Below, in pieces: positions 28,497 to 38,697 of a DNA stretch of 64,000 nucleotides (position 1 is the stretch's first letter; each line of letters opens with the position of its first letter). Position numbers and translations under genes: made by a program. A model generated the notes under the pieces. It did no database searches. It saw only the letters and a list, made by a program, of their open reading frames with translations, and was not told where the DNA came from. This DNA is from an uncultured Desulfospira sp. (lineage in GTDB: Bacteria; Desulfobacterota; Desulfobacteria; Desulfobacterales; Desulfobacteraceae): the NCBI GenBank assembly GCA_963663165.1, contig OY760175.1, positions 5,472,001 to 5,536,000 on the forward strand. Reading direction: 5' to 3'.

Positions 28497-29297
28497 ATGA
28501 AAATTATTGGCTATCTTCTGCTGGCAACCCTGTTGTTTCTATGTGGCCTGGCCGTATTTTCAAGGCGGCTGCTCTATTTCCCCGCTGCCATGGAAAGGGG
28601 GCGCCTGGAATATATCCAACATCATTTTAACACCGTGGAAGAGGTCACCGTCCCGGCGCAGCAGGGTGTTGTGCTTCACGGCTGGATCATAAAAAAAGAC
28701 ATGGGAAATCTTCCGGTTGTCTTTTATTTCGGGGGAAATGCCGAGGAGGTTTCCCTGAACCTGGAAGCCTATCGCATCAACCTTGATGCCAATGTCATCC
28801 TGATCAATTACCGGGGATATGGAAAAAGCCAGGGCCGCCCGGAAGAAAAGGCCCTTAAAGCCGATGCCCTGGCGGTTTATGAGACCATGGTTTCCAGATA
28901 TAACCTTGACGTTTCAAGGACGGTTGCCTGGGGACGGAGCATTGGGTCCTCCATGGCCTGTTACCTGGCCTCCCAAAAAAAACTTAAAGGGCTTATCCTG
29001 ACCTGTCCTTTTGACAGTATTGAGCAGGTTGCCGCCGCCTATTACCCGGCCTGGCTGGTCCGGCTTGTCTTAAGAGACCGGCACCAGACAACGGATTTTT
29101 CTTCCACCATTACCGCCCCGACCCTGATTCTGGCCGCAGGGCAGGATGAAGTTATCCCAAGGCAAATAACCCTGGGGCTTTATGACAGCCTGACCTGCAC
29201 CAAAGAACTGGTGACCATCGAAACTGCAGGGCACAATACGATTTGCGGGTTTAATGAATACTTCCCCGCGGTAAACCGGTTTTTATCCGGCCTTTAG
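28497..29297 (+). CDS. Alpha/beta hydrolase with N-terminal TM segment
   Basis: YFGGNAE, NYRGYG.S, GRSIGS nucleophile elbow, DEVIP, GHN. Confidence 0.9.
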   Translation: MKIIGYLLLATLLFLCGLAVFSRRLLYFPAAMERGRLEYIQHHFNTVEEVTVPAQQGVVLHGWIIKKDMGNLPVVFYFGGNAEEVSLNLEAYRINLDANVILINYRGYGKSQGRPEEKALKADALAVYETMVSRYNLDVSRTVAWGRSIGSSMACYLASQKKLKGLILTCPFDSIEQVAAAYYPAWLVRLVLRDRHQTTDFSSTITAPTLILAAGQDEVIPRQITLGLYDSLTCTKELVTIETAGHNTICGFNEYFPAVNRFLSGL

Positions 29298-29313
29298 TTT
29301 GGGGGGGGGCTGT

Positions 29314-29722
29314 CAGGGTAACCACTTGTGACATGATCCGACATCTATCGCTCCATTTTGGGTCAATGCAAAGTTGGAGCGGGCATGGCCCGCTCCAACC
29401 CTACCGCTCAAACCAGGGAACTTGACGGTTTTGGTCTCCCGTCTCCTTTTCTCCGGTTTCCTTTTTTTATTAAATTTACCAGCAAGGAACACATCTTTTG
29501 GTTGCGGCTTTGCCGCGCTGTGTTTCTCTGTGCCCCTCTGTGGTTAAATTTAAAGCGTGGGCGAAGCCCACAATTTATAAAACCAGGAGGTTAAAGAAGA
29601 ATAATTCAACCCCTTCGGGATTTCATGTTTTTAAACCACAGAGGACACCGAGGTTTGGCTTTCGCCAAACACCACAGAGAGGCGGGATTTTGAATGTATA
29701 TTTTTTGCATGGGTCAACCCTG
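29314..29722. mobile_element. MITE-like repeat container with degenerate CAGGG... terminal inverted repeats
   Basis: Left CAGGGTAACCACTTGTGA and right (revcomp) CAGGGTTGACCCATGCAA each match the 58097 TIR at 13/18; interior holds a REP, heptamers and an inverted ACCACAGAGG pair. Confidence 0.5.
29345..29400. repeat. Collapsed copy of the REP-like palindrome family
   Basis: CTATCG..CATTTTGGGTCAATGCAA-GTTGGAGCGGGCATGGCCCGCTCCAACC, shared with 58188-58267 and 59828-59905. Confidence 0.85.
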
Positions 29723-29743
29723 GGGTAGATTTGTAAAAATGTC

Positions 29744-29772
29744 TTGACAACTTTACAGATTCTGTTTACCAT
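29744..29772 (+). promoter_or_regulatory. Sigma70 promoter for gntR-trpBA
   Basis: TTGACA-17 nt-TACCAT. Confidence 0.6.
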
Positions 29773-29812
29773 CGGCCTGACACTATTTAAGGACCAAGCC
29801 AAAGGACCGCAT

Positions 29813-30547
29813 ATGCTTAACCCAAAATCCCCTCTTCCCCTTTACCAGCAACTGGCCGATATCCTGGCAGAACGGATTCGGTCCGGGGAGTATGAGCCGG
29901 GCCGGGTGATTCCCTCTGAAACCGGATTGGCCCGGCAGTACGGGATTGGGCGGCCCACGGTCCGCCAGGCCATGGATACCCTGGTCCGCAAGGGGCTGGT
30001 CCATCGAAGAAGAGGTGCCGGGACCTTTGTAAAACGGCCGGAACCCCGGGTGGATCTGTTTTCCCTGGCCGGAACCTCCCGGGCGTTTTCAACCCGGGGG
30101 ATTCAGACCACCAGGAAATTGATGGGTCTGTTGTCCTTGAAGCCGGTTGAAAATCAGCCGGACAATCCGTTCGACCGGAAAAAGGCATTTTTCCTCTCCC
30201 GGCTGACCCTGGCCCAGGGCAGGCCTGTCCTGGCAGAAGATATTTACCTGGACCCGGAACTGTTTCTGGGCCTGGACAAGATCGATCTGGAGAATAAATC
30301 CCTGTCCCAGGTGGTATCGGATCACTATTACCTCAAGCCGGAAAACGGGGTCCAGACCTTTACCGTGGAAACCCCGCCGGCATCAACGGCCCGTATCCTG
30401 GAACTCGGGCCGACAGATCCGGTTCTGGTGGTCAAGCGGGAAATCAATTTTCCGGATGCCCCTGGCGCGGTTTACGCCATCCTGTATTGCCGGACCGATA
30501 CGTTTGCCTTTTCTCAGACCATATCAATTGAGAAGGATGAAGGATGA
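29813..30547 (+). CDS. GntR/HutC-family (UTRA) transcriptional regulator
   Basis: PLYQQL...IPSE..LA..YGI.R.TVRQA...RRGAGTFV. Confidence 0.92.
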   Translation: MLNPKSPLPLYQQLADILAERIRSGEYEPGRVIPSETGLARQYGIGRPTVRQAMDTLVRKGLVHRRRGAGTFVKRPEPRVDLFSLAGTSRAFSTRGIQTTRKLMGLLSLKPVENQPDNPFDRKKAFFLSRLTLAQGRPVLAEDIYLDPELFLGLDKIDLENKSLSQVVSDHYYLKPENGVQTFTVETPPASTARILELGPTDPVLVVKREINFPDAPGAVYAILYCRTDTFAFSQTISIEKDEG

Positions 30548-30602
30548 AGGATGAAAATTCAACATTCCCGGGTGAACCGCCAATGGCTAACAGCTAAAAG
30601 CT
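30532..30602. repeat. Heptamer repeats (GAAGGAT)x3 and GCTAA-type
   Basis: gaaggat gaaggat gaaggat gaaaatt overlapping the gntR stop; tggctaa cagctaa aagct. Confidence 0.75.
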
Positions 30603-30621
30603 TTTTTACGAGGTGCAAAAT

Positions 30622-31843
<1,222 letters not shown>

Positions 31844-31851
<8 letters not shown>

Positions 31852-32608
31852 ATCCTATATTAGAGAAAAACTTGGAACCAAAGACATCCTGCTCATGACC
31901 CACATTGTCATGGGGTATCCGTCCTTTGACGATTCTTTTGCCATTGTAAAGGAAATGGTTGAGGCCGGGGTGGACTTAATGGAACTTCAGATTCCTTTTT
32001 CCGAACCCATGGCCGACGGCCCCGTTATTTTAAAGGCTAACCAGTCCGCCCTTGAAGCCGGCGCCACCGTGGCCCAATGTTTCGACTTTGCCCAACGGGT
32101 GGCCGGCGAGTTTGACATTCCCTTTCTATTTATGTCTTACGCCAACATTGCCTTTCGGCTCGGCTTTGACACCTTTGCTGAAAAGACTGCGGCCATAAAC
32201 CTGAAAGGGGCCATTGTGCCCGACCTTCCCCCGGAAGAGGGACAGGATTATATTGATGCCATGAACCGGCACCACCTGTGCCCCATCCATATTTTTTCTC
32301 CTGAAACCAGTGACCGGAGAATGGCCGAAATTGATGCGGTATCTTCCGGATTTATCTACTGCCTGGCCAGAAAAGGGGTCACGGGCAAAGAAACCGCTTT
32401 TTCCGACGAGCTTGCCGTCTATCTCCACCGGTGCCGGAACGCCACGCGCCTTCCGTTAGCTGTTGGGTTCGGGGTCAAAGACAGGGATGACATCCAATAC
32501 CTCAAGGGCAAAACCGATATTGCCGTGATCGGCTCTCAGACCATCCGGGTTGTGGAAGAGCAGTGCCCCCGGGCCGTGGGGGACTTTATCCGGCATCTGG
32601 TGCGGTGA
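31844..32608 (+). CDS. trpA: Tryptophan synthase alpha subunit
   Basis: ELQIPFSEPMADGPVI, PDLPPEE, GVTG, VGFG. Confidence 0.95.
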
Positions 32609-32776
32609 GGTGTTTCCATATCCCCTGAATATCCTATGGGAACTGGGTTTAAAATAATAAGCTTTATCTCCAATTATGTAGCGTGTTTGATTATGTTGTG
32701 AGTTTTATTCATTTTTATTCAAAAAGATTTTTCAAATCTTTCATTTTATTCGTATAATTCCAAATCATATGCATAG

Positions 32777-32850
32777 AAAAAGCCCGGAGTAGCCCCTCCG
32801 GGCTTTGATTGTGAACTCCCGTCGATAGCCGGAGAAGCCCACACACACAG
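32777..32850 (-). ncRNA. Candidate small divergent RNA in the element's left end
   Basis: Hairpin 32811-32842, then a terminator hairpin AAAGCCCGGAG-n6-CTCCGGGCTTT with a U-tract on the minus strand; possible TTGCAG...TGATATAGA promoter upstream. Confidence 0.35.
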
Positions 32851-32901
32851 TTATATTTCTATATCATTTTCCGGTTATCTGCAATACCGGAAAAATCTAA
32901 A

Positions 32902-33288
32902 ATGCTTTTAATTCCAAATACATGCCGATGGTGCCATTTCGTATTTTTTGTTTGCAGGTTCTGCTGGAGAGGGCAGGCCTATTGTTGCAGGGACTGCCGT
33001 AAGGCCGGAATCCTCAGAAACAAAAGAGAAGCACAGCGACGATACCGCCAGACCGAGAAGGGGAAAAGACGGCATCGGGAAGCCGAGAACCGGCGTCGGC
33101 ATCGAAAAAAAATTCAAGAGACAAAAAACATGGATGATACAGCTTCCACAGTGCTGCCTGCTTGGTGTAGGACAATAATATTGTGGATTTTGTTTCAGAT
33201 TCAGGGCCTTCCAATCAAACCATATTGTCAGTTCTGCGGCTCTTCAGGTCAAGTCGTCACACAATTTCCCCGGCGGGGATATGGATAA
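32902..33288 (+). CDS. Cys-rich, highly basic zinc-finger-like protein
   Basis: CxxC-x6-CxxC-RGQAYC-x3-C followed by an Arg/Lys-rich helix; C-terminal CxxC; 8-nt overlap with the next ORF. Confidence 0.7.
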   Translation: MLLIPNTCRWCHFVFFVCRFCWRGQAYCCRDCRKAGILRNKREAQRRYRQTEKGKRRHREAENRRRHRKKIQETKNMDDTASTVLPAWCRTIILWILFQIQGLPIKPYCQFCGSSGQVVTQFPRRGYG

Positions 33289-33721
33289 ACGTAAAAACTG
33301 GAGGCGCGGCATGGTAAAAAAAGAAATCCTGAACCCTTCAAGGGTGCGTTGTATCAAAGGAGGATTTAGTTTTATCCCCCATCGGTTTCTTACGGGTGGA
33401 TTTTTGCGAGCATTAAGCCGGGACGAGTTGTTATTGTATTTTTTCCTGGTTCTGGCCGGTGACCGCAACGGATTAAGTTTTTACAGTTATGATAAAATAT
33501 GCACCCTGCTAAAAATGCAACTGGACCAGTACATTGAAGCTCGGGATGGATTGATGGAAAATGATCTGATTGCCTTTGACGGCACCATTTACCAGGTGCT
33601 TTCCTTACCGGCCAACCTTATACAATCTGCTGTACAAAAAAAATCTTCCCTGAACAGCCGTCAACCTGAATCAGTTGGAAAAATTTTGAGCAAACTGGTT
33701 ATGGAGGCCGATCATGGTTGA
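33281..33721 (+). CDS. Putative winged-helix/HTH protein (replication-initiator-like N-terminus)
   Basis: ELLLYFFL...GLSFYSYDKICTLL...ARDGL...LI pattern; 8-nt overlaps with both neighbours. Confidence 0.7.
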   Translation: MDKRKNWRRGMVKKEILNPSRVRCIKGGFSFIPHRFLTGGFLRALSRDELLLYFFLVLAGDRNGLSFYSYDKICTLLKMQLDQYIEARDGLMENDLIAFDGTIYQVLSLPANLIQSAVQKKSSLNSRQPESVGKILSKLVMEADHG

Positions 33722-34631
33722 GCAGACACCCAAAAGTCCGCCCGGTTATGATCTGGATCAGATCCGCCGGGATTATCTGGACCATATGCTTAAAATCAAG
33801 GAAAGCTCTCCTTCTCAAACCTGTTGCAGGACCAAAATTATCAAAGCGTTTGACAGTTATCTGCAAACATCGGGAGTCTCACTGGTCAATATAAACATAG
33901 GGCATGTTGATGATTTTCTGGCAAGGTTCAATGCCCCATATGCAAAGAGTACCCAGGGGGTATACCGTTCCTGTTTTCGAGGCTTTTTGCACTACCTGTA
34001 TAATGAACGGCATTTGATCCAACAGAATTTAGCCCCGCTTGTGACCGGTCCGCCAATGTTTGCTCAAGTCAAGCCTCCTAAATTTTTAAGACCCGGTGAA
34101 GTCCGTCAGTTATTTGATCATTTGCCCTGTGCAACATCCAAAGAGCTTCGTGTCTATGCACAGGTTCACCTGGCTTATTATCTTGGATTGCGCCCCATTG
34201 AAATCAGCCGCCTTACTCTGGACGATATCTGTTTTGCCAAAGGACTGCTAAACCTGGAAAACACAAAAAATGCAAAGCCCCTTCAATTGCCCATTCCCGA
34301 TGAAGTTATCAAAGCAATCACCGCTTATATCGTTGGAGGCAGGCCTAAAAGTCAGTCTCGCTCTCTTTTTTTAACCAGCCATTGCCCACCTTACAGAGCT
34401 GTAAGTGCCTGGCTCACCAGGCACGATTTAACAAAGGCGTTGCGGGCTGCCGGTCTTCCCGGTACAGGATATTGGCTGCGCCACACCTTTGCACAAAACA
34501 TGCTGGAAGCAGGTGCCGGCATTTTTGAAATCAAAGAAATGATGGGGCATTCCATCATTGATTCCACAAAAGTATATCTAAGTATCCACAAGGAATTGAT
34601 GCGCCGGGTGTTGTTCGATGAAACCGTTTAA
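33714..34631 (+). CDS. Tyrosine recombinase (RitA-like)
   Basis: LGLRPIEI, YWLRHTFA, MGH...T.VY. Confidence 0.9.
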   Translation: MVEQTPKSPPGYDLDQIRRDYLDHMLKIKESSPSQTCCRTKIIKAFDSYLQTSGVSLVNINIGHVDDFLARFNAPYAKSTQGVYRSCFRGFLHYLYNERHLIQQNLAPLVTGPPMFAQVKPPKFLRPGEVRQLFDHLPCATSKELRVYAQVHLAYYLGLRPIEISRLTLDDICFAKGLLNLENTKNAKPLQLPIPDEVIKAITAYIVGGRPKSQSRSLFLTSHCPPYRAVSAWLTRHDLTKALRAAGLPGTGYWLRHTFAQNMLEAGAGIFEIKEMMGHSIIDSTKVYLSIHKELMRRVLFDETV

Positions 34632-35592
34632 AAGCTTTTTGGCCACAGAGATGGAAAACTTTATTGTTTACCGGCAAGGACTGGGATACAGTTGCCATAT
34701 GCTCCGGTGGGCCTTGCTTACCTTTGACGATTTTTTAATGAGGCAGCCGGATCTCTCAGACATTTGGATGCCCCATTTTTATATCACCTTTAAAAATGAG
34801 ATTGGCCTTGAGCCCTCCGGCGTAGCCAGCATTCTAAATGTAGTTCGAGGCTTTTTTGATTATCTGAAACGGCAGCGGATAAATCTTGATAACCCTTTGA
34901 AAGATGTGACCGCTCCGGCCCGGCGCACCTTCATCCCCTTTATATTCTCACCGGAGCAGGTAGAAATGTTACTGGGGGTGGTATGCGGACGGATCCGGCA
35001 AACCCCTATGCGGTTCCTTAAAGATTACAGTGAATATCTGGTGATCCTTCTGCTTGCCCGCTGTGGGCTGAGGATGAATGAACCCTTGCGCCTGAGATTG
35101 AAAAATTACCGGCCGGATGAAAAGACGATTTACATAGAGAAAACCAAGTTCAAAAAGGACCGTCTTATCCCTATTCCAAAATCAACTGCCATGCAGATTG
35201 ACAACTATCTTTCAACCAGGGCCGCTTTAATTGAAAACGATATGAATCCCTACCTGTTCATGGGGATAGGGGAAAACGGCTTGAACGATAACCGTATTCG
35301 CTCTGTTTTTCACGATGCTGTGCGTCAAATCGGGATCCGCCGCCCAAGGAAAATTATCGGCGACACGACCTTTGGGAAGCCCACTCCGCACTGTTTACGG
35401 CACTCTTTTGCCATTAACACCTTGAAGGCAGCCATTGCCCGGAAACAATCACCCCGGAATGTGCTGCCGGTGCTTGCCGGCTATATGGGTCATGTTGAGT
35501 ATAAATACACCATGGAATATTTGAAAGCAGTTGATGCTGAAAGCCGCGACAGCCTGTTCAAATTTACCACCGGCAGAAGGGATGAATCATGA
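34618..35592 (+). CDS. Tyrosine recombinase (RitB-like)
   Basis: CGLRMNE, TKFKKDR, HCLRHSFA, LAGYMGH...T..YL. Confidence 0.92.
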   Translation: MKPFKSFLATEMENFIVYRQGLGYSCHMLRWALLTFDDFLMRQPDLSDIWMPHFYITFKNEIGLEPSGVASILNVVRGFFDYLKRQRINLDNPLKDVTAPARRTFIPFIFSPEQVEMLLGVVCGRIRQTPMRFLKDYSEYLVILLLARCGLRMNEPLRLRLKNYRPDEKTIYIEKTKFKKDRLIPIPKSTAMQIDNYLSTRAALIENDMNPYLFMGIGENGLNDNRIRSVFHDAVRQIGIRRPRKIIGDTTFGKPTPHCLRHSFAINTLKAAIARKQSPRNVLPVLAGYMGHVEYKYTMEYLKAVDAESRDSLFKFTTGRRDES

Positions 35593-36608
35593 ACCTGACC
35601 CGTTGCGTTGTTCAATTTTTTGACCAATACCTGCCTTATGTCAAAGGGTGCCGCCCCAATACGATCAAAAGTTACCGGGATACCATGCGCTTTTTTTTAC
35701 CGTTTGCTGCCGAATACCACAGCGTAAAGGTCAGTTCGCTCAATCTGGAACATATCACGGTAGAATTAATTTTGCAGTTTCTCAATGAGCTTGAATCCAA
35801 ACGGTCCAACACGGCTAAAACCCGGAACCAGCGCCTGGCCGTTTTAAAGTCTTTTGCCAAAATGATCCGTTTTATTTATCCCGAGCAACAAAAACTGACC
35901 AATGCGATCCTTGATATTCCCCGGAAACGAAGCCAACACAAGTTGATCGGATTTTTGTATCCCCAGGAGATCAATCAAATCCTTAATGCGGTCCAACTTA
36001 AAAGAAAGGACGGGTTCCGAGATTATACCCTTCTGTATCTATTATATGATACCGGTGCCAGGGCAACGGAAATCGCTACCCTTGAGATGGATTATTTTGA
36101 TTATGAAAATCAAACTCTGGCGATTCTTGGGAAGGGTAACCGATATCGACAAGTTCAGTTGCTTGGGAAAACAGTAGAGCTTATGCATCAGTATATTGAA
36201 GAACATCGCAATACGCCAATCCATCCGTTTAAAAAAAGGCTGTTCATCAACCAAAGAGGAACAAGCTTGACCCGCCACGGTATCAACCGGATCTGTAAAA
36301 ACTACCTTGAACAGGCTTTACCGGCAAAGCGGACAGCGACCATGCACCCCGTCCATAGCTTCCGTCATTCGTGTGCCGTTCGAATGCTCTCAGAGGATCG
36401 GCCTTTATCTGAAATTAAGAATCGCTTGGGGCATTCTAATGTCAAATCCACAATGGTTTACTTAAAGCTTGATCTAGGCCAGAAGCGACATTTACAAGAG
36501 AACTTCATCCAGTTCACCAAACAGCACCTGAAATCTGATCCGAAAATTGAGGAGTTGATCCAGTGGGAAAACAAGCAAAACGTTCTTGAGTGGCTGGATA
36601 GTCTATAG
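35589..36608 (+). CDS. Tyrosine recombinase (RitC-like)
   Basis: TGARATE, GKGNR.R, HSFRHSCA, LGH....T.VY; N-terminal NTIKSYRD and TRNQRLA. Confidence 0.93.
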   Translation: MNLTRCVVQFFDQYLPYVKGCRPNTIKSYRDTMRFFLPFAAEYHSVKVSSLNLEHITVELILQFLNELESKRSNTAKTRNQRLAVLKSFAKMIRFIYPEQQKLTNAILDIPRKRSQHKLIGFLYPQEINQILNAVQLKRKDGFRDYTLLYLLYDTGARATEIATLEMDYFDYENQTLAILGKGNRYRQVQLLGKTVELMHQYIEEHRNTPIHPFKKRLFINQRGTSLTRHGINRICKNYLEQALPAKRTATMHPVHSFRHSCAVRMLSEDRPLSEIKNRLGHSNVKSTMVYLKLDLGQKRHLQENFIQFTKQHLKSDPKIEELIQWENKQNVLEWLDSL

Positions 36609-36802
36609 ATCCTTACAGACTTCATCACCAGCACTCCTCAGGGCAAACTGTAGCTGTTTATTATGTTTAGTGATTTGTTGCAAATTTGTCATACCCTTGA
36701 TAACCAACTGTTTATTTGAACGATTTTGACTTACGGCATTACGGCGCCCAAACCACGGTCAATCAAGGCTTCAGGACCGCTCGCAACATAACTCCAAAAA
36801 AT

Positions 36803-36887
36803 TGGACTTGGGACTTGGGATATGGGACTTGGGGATTGCGGCATCCACGGCCTCCCCAAGTCCCATATCCCATATCCCAAGTCTCAA
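36803..36887. repeat. Heptamer hairpin (TGGGAYW)n-loop-(WRTCCCA)n
   Basis: ~28-bp near-perfect stem; a homologous copy with a similar loop is at 42431-42510. Confidence 0.9.
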
Positions 36888-37094
36888 CAATATACATTAA
36901 AGAATTTACAAACAATGTCCAAATGCCATGCCGGATTCTAAATCCGGTTAGCCCTGGTAAATATCCGTGACAGCCTTGACGGGAACTGGCGGTTCTGATA
37001 TACGCACTTTCCTGCGGCTTCCACTGTTTGAAATGTTTCAGGGGAACGCATCACCGCATATTGGATGTAAAATGCCGTTAAATCAGGGGTAGCC

Positions 37095-38456
37095 ATGGTT
37101 CGTCCTTTCAGCGTTCTTCAAAACAGGCCGGTTGGAATGCTGCTGGCCCTGGCCCTGCCCATCTCTGTGCAATACCTTCTGACCTGTTCCATGGGGGTTG
37201 TTGACCTTCTTATGATCGGGCAGTTAAATGATACGGCCATTGCCGCTGTTGGCATTGCCAATCAAATGATCTTTGTCTTTAATGTGATTCAGTTCGGCAT
37301 TCATTCCGGGGTTGCCATTTTTACCGCCCAATACTGGGGCAAAAAAGACTTAAGCCGGATCAGACACCTGTCCGGCATTGGAATCATGTCCGGTCTTTTT
37401 GTGGCCGCCATTTTCAGTTTCACCTGCGTGGTCTTTCCCCAGGCTATCATTGGCTTGTTTTCAAAAGACCCTGAGGTGGTCCTTCTCGGGGCAGGGTATC
37501 TTCAAATTGTGGGTACGGTGTTTGGTTTCAGTGCGGTGATGTTTTCTTTTGTGTCCAATCTCAGGGCCATCGGTCATGTCAAGGCCCCCATGGTCTGTTC
37601 CATGATCGCTGTTTTATTAAATATTTCCCTGAATTATGTTTTAATTTTCGGGAAACTCGGACTGCCTGCCCTGGGGGTTACGGGTGCCGCCATGGGCACC
37701 ACGGTTTCCAAAGTTGTTGAGGCCGTGATCATGGTGGGGATTGTTTATCGGACGCGCTTACCCCTGGCGGCCGGTCTCAAGGAAATGTTCTGCTTTGACA
37801 CGGTTTTCCTTAAACGGGTCTTTGCCACCTGCTGGCCGGTGTTTCTGAACGAATTGTTCTGGGTAACCGGCGTCAGCCTCTATAAGCTGGTCTATGCCCG
37901 GATCAGTACCGAGGCCATTGCCGCAATGAATATCGTTGCCACCATTGAAGAGTTCATGTTCATTCCGTTTTTCGGCATCTTTCATGGCGGCAGTGTGATG
38001 ATCGGCAACAGCATTGGAAACGGAAAGGAACAGACCGCCTATGTCCTGGGCCGTTTTCTCCTGGTTGCCCAGATGGTCATGGCGGCCGGGGCCGGTGCGG
38101 CCGTGATTTTGTCAAGGCCGGTTGTGCTTTCGTTTTATAACATTTCCCCGGCTACCTATGAAAACGCCTATTTTCTGATGTTGGTCGCCGGTCTGGTATT
38201 CTGGGGGAAGACCACGAATTTCACCATCATCGTGTCCGTACTCAGAGGCGGCGGGGATACCCGTTTCGGCTTTTTTCTAGACCTTGCCGGTGTCTGGTGC
38301 GTCGGACTGCCCATGGCCTTTTTTTGCGCCTTTTATCTTAAACTGCCGGTCTACTGGGTGATGGCGTTTATCGCCACAGAGGAGCTTTTTAAACTGGCCA
38401 TTGGGATTCCCCGGTTTTTGTCAGGAAAGTGGATACGAAACCTGGTCAAAGCGTGA
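37095..38456 (+). CDS. MATE-family efflux transporter
   Basis: LALP, D..MIGQL, AQYWG, LRAIG....PM, LRGGGDT; 12 TM segments. Confidence 0.93.
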   Translation: MVRPFSVLQNRPVGMLLALALPISVQYLLTCSMGVVDLLMIGQLNDTAIAAVGIANQMIFVFNVIQFGIHSGVAIFTAQYWGKKDLSRIRHLSGIGIMSGLFVAAIFSFTCVVFPQAIIGLFSKDPEVVLLGAGYLQIVGTVFGFSAVMFSFVSNLRAIGHVKAPMVCSMIAVLLNISLNYVLIFGKLGLPALGVTGAAMGTTVSKVVEAVIMVGIVYRTRLPLAAGLKEMFCFDTVFLKRVFATCWPVFLNELFWVTGVSLYKLVYARISTEAIAAMNIVATIEEFMFIPFFGIFHGGSVMIGNSIGNGKEQTAYVLGRFLLVAQMVMAAGAGAAVILSRPVVLSFYNISPATYENAYFLMLVAGLVFWGKTTNFTIIVSVLRGGGDTRFGFFLDLAGVWCVGLPMAFFCAFYLKLPVYWVMAFIATEELFKLAIGIPRFLSGKWIRNLVKA

Positions 38457-38620
38457 AATCCAATAGACGATTTCTCCTGAATTGGGTCAAAATGCCCGGT
38501 ATCTCAAACTATTGGCCCCGGTAGCTCGGCAAAGGGTGAGATGGCGGCACGGTAAAAAAAACATCGCCGACAAAATAATCCTTAAATTACGAAATATCCC
38601 CTTTAAGGCGAAATGTCCTA

Positions 38621-38650
38621 TTGACAAGCACAAACAAGCTACGTTATGAT
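38621..38650 (+). promoter_or_regulatory. Sigma70 promoter of the ParA-partner pair
   Basis: TTGACA-18 nt-TATGAT. Confidence 0.55.
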
Positions 38651-38697
38651 TCAACCATATTTTCTTCCAAACAAAAAACGTCACAAATGGGTTCATC

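Larger units (their letters stand above)
32674..36791 (+). mobile_element. Extended RIT-type (recombinase-in-trio) element with two accessory genes
   Basis: Inverted ends TTATGTAGCG / CGCAACATAA; CTCCAA direct repeat at 32668-32673 and 36792-36797; five overlapping ORFs including three tyrosine recombinases. Confidence 0.82.

Noticed and set aside
36644..36671. Chromosomal dif site (TGTTTA-TTATGTTTAGT)
   Set aside because: An XerD-like arm is present but there is no XerC arm; treated as an internal binding site of the element
36639..36956. Third CAGGGC-type TIR pair (CAGGGCAAAC / GTTAGCCCTG)
   Set aside because: Only 9/10 bp, and it would straddle the better-supported right end of the RIT element; probably chance
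36716..36970. Short ORFs over repeat regions (also 29358-29728, 42406-42961, 52968-53165, 57979-58254)
   Set aside because: They are translations of heptamer, hexamer or REP repeats, or antisense to real genes; no RBS or protein-like features
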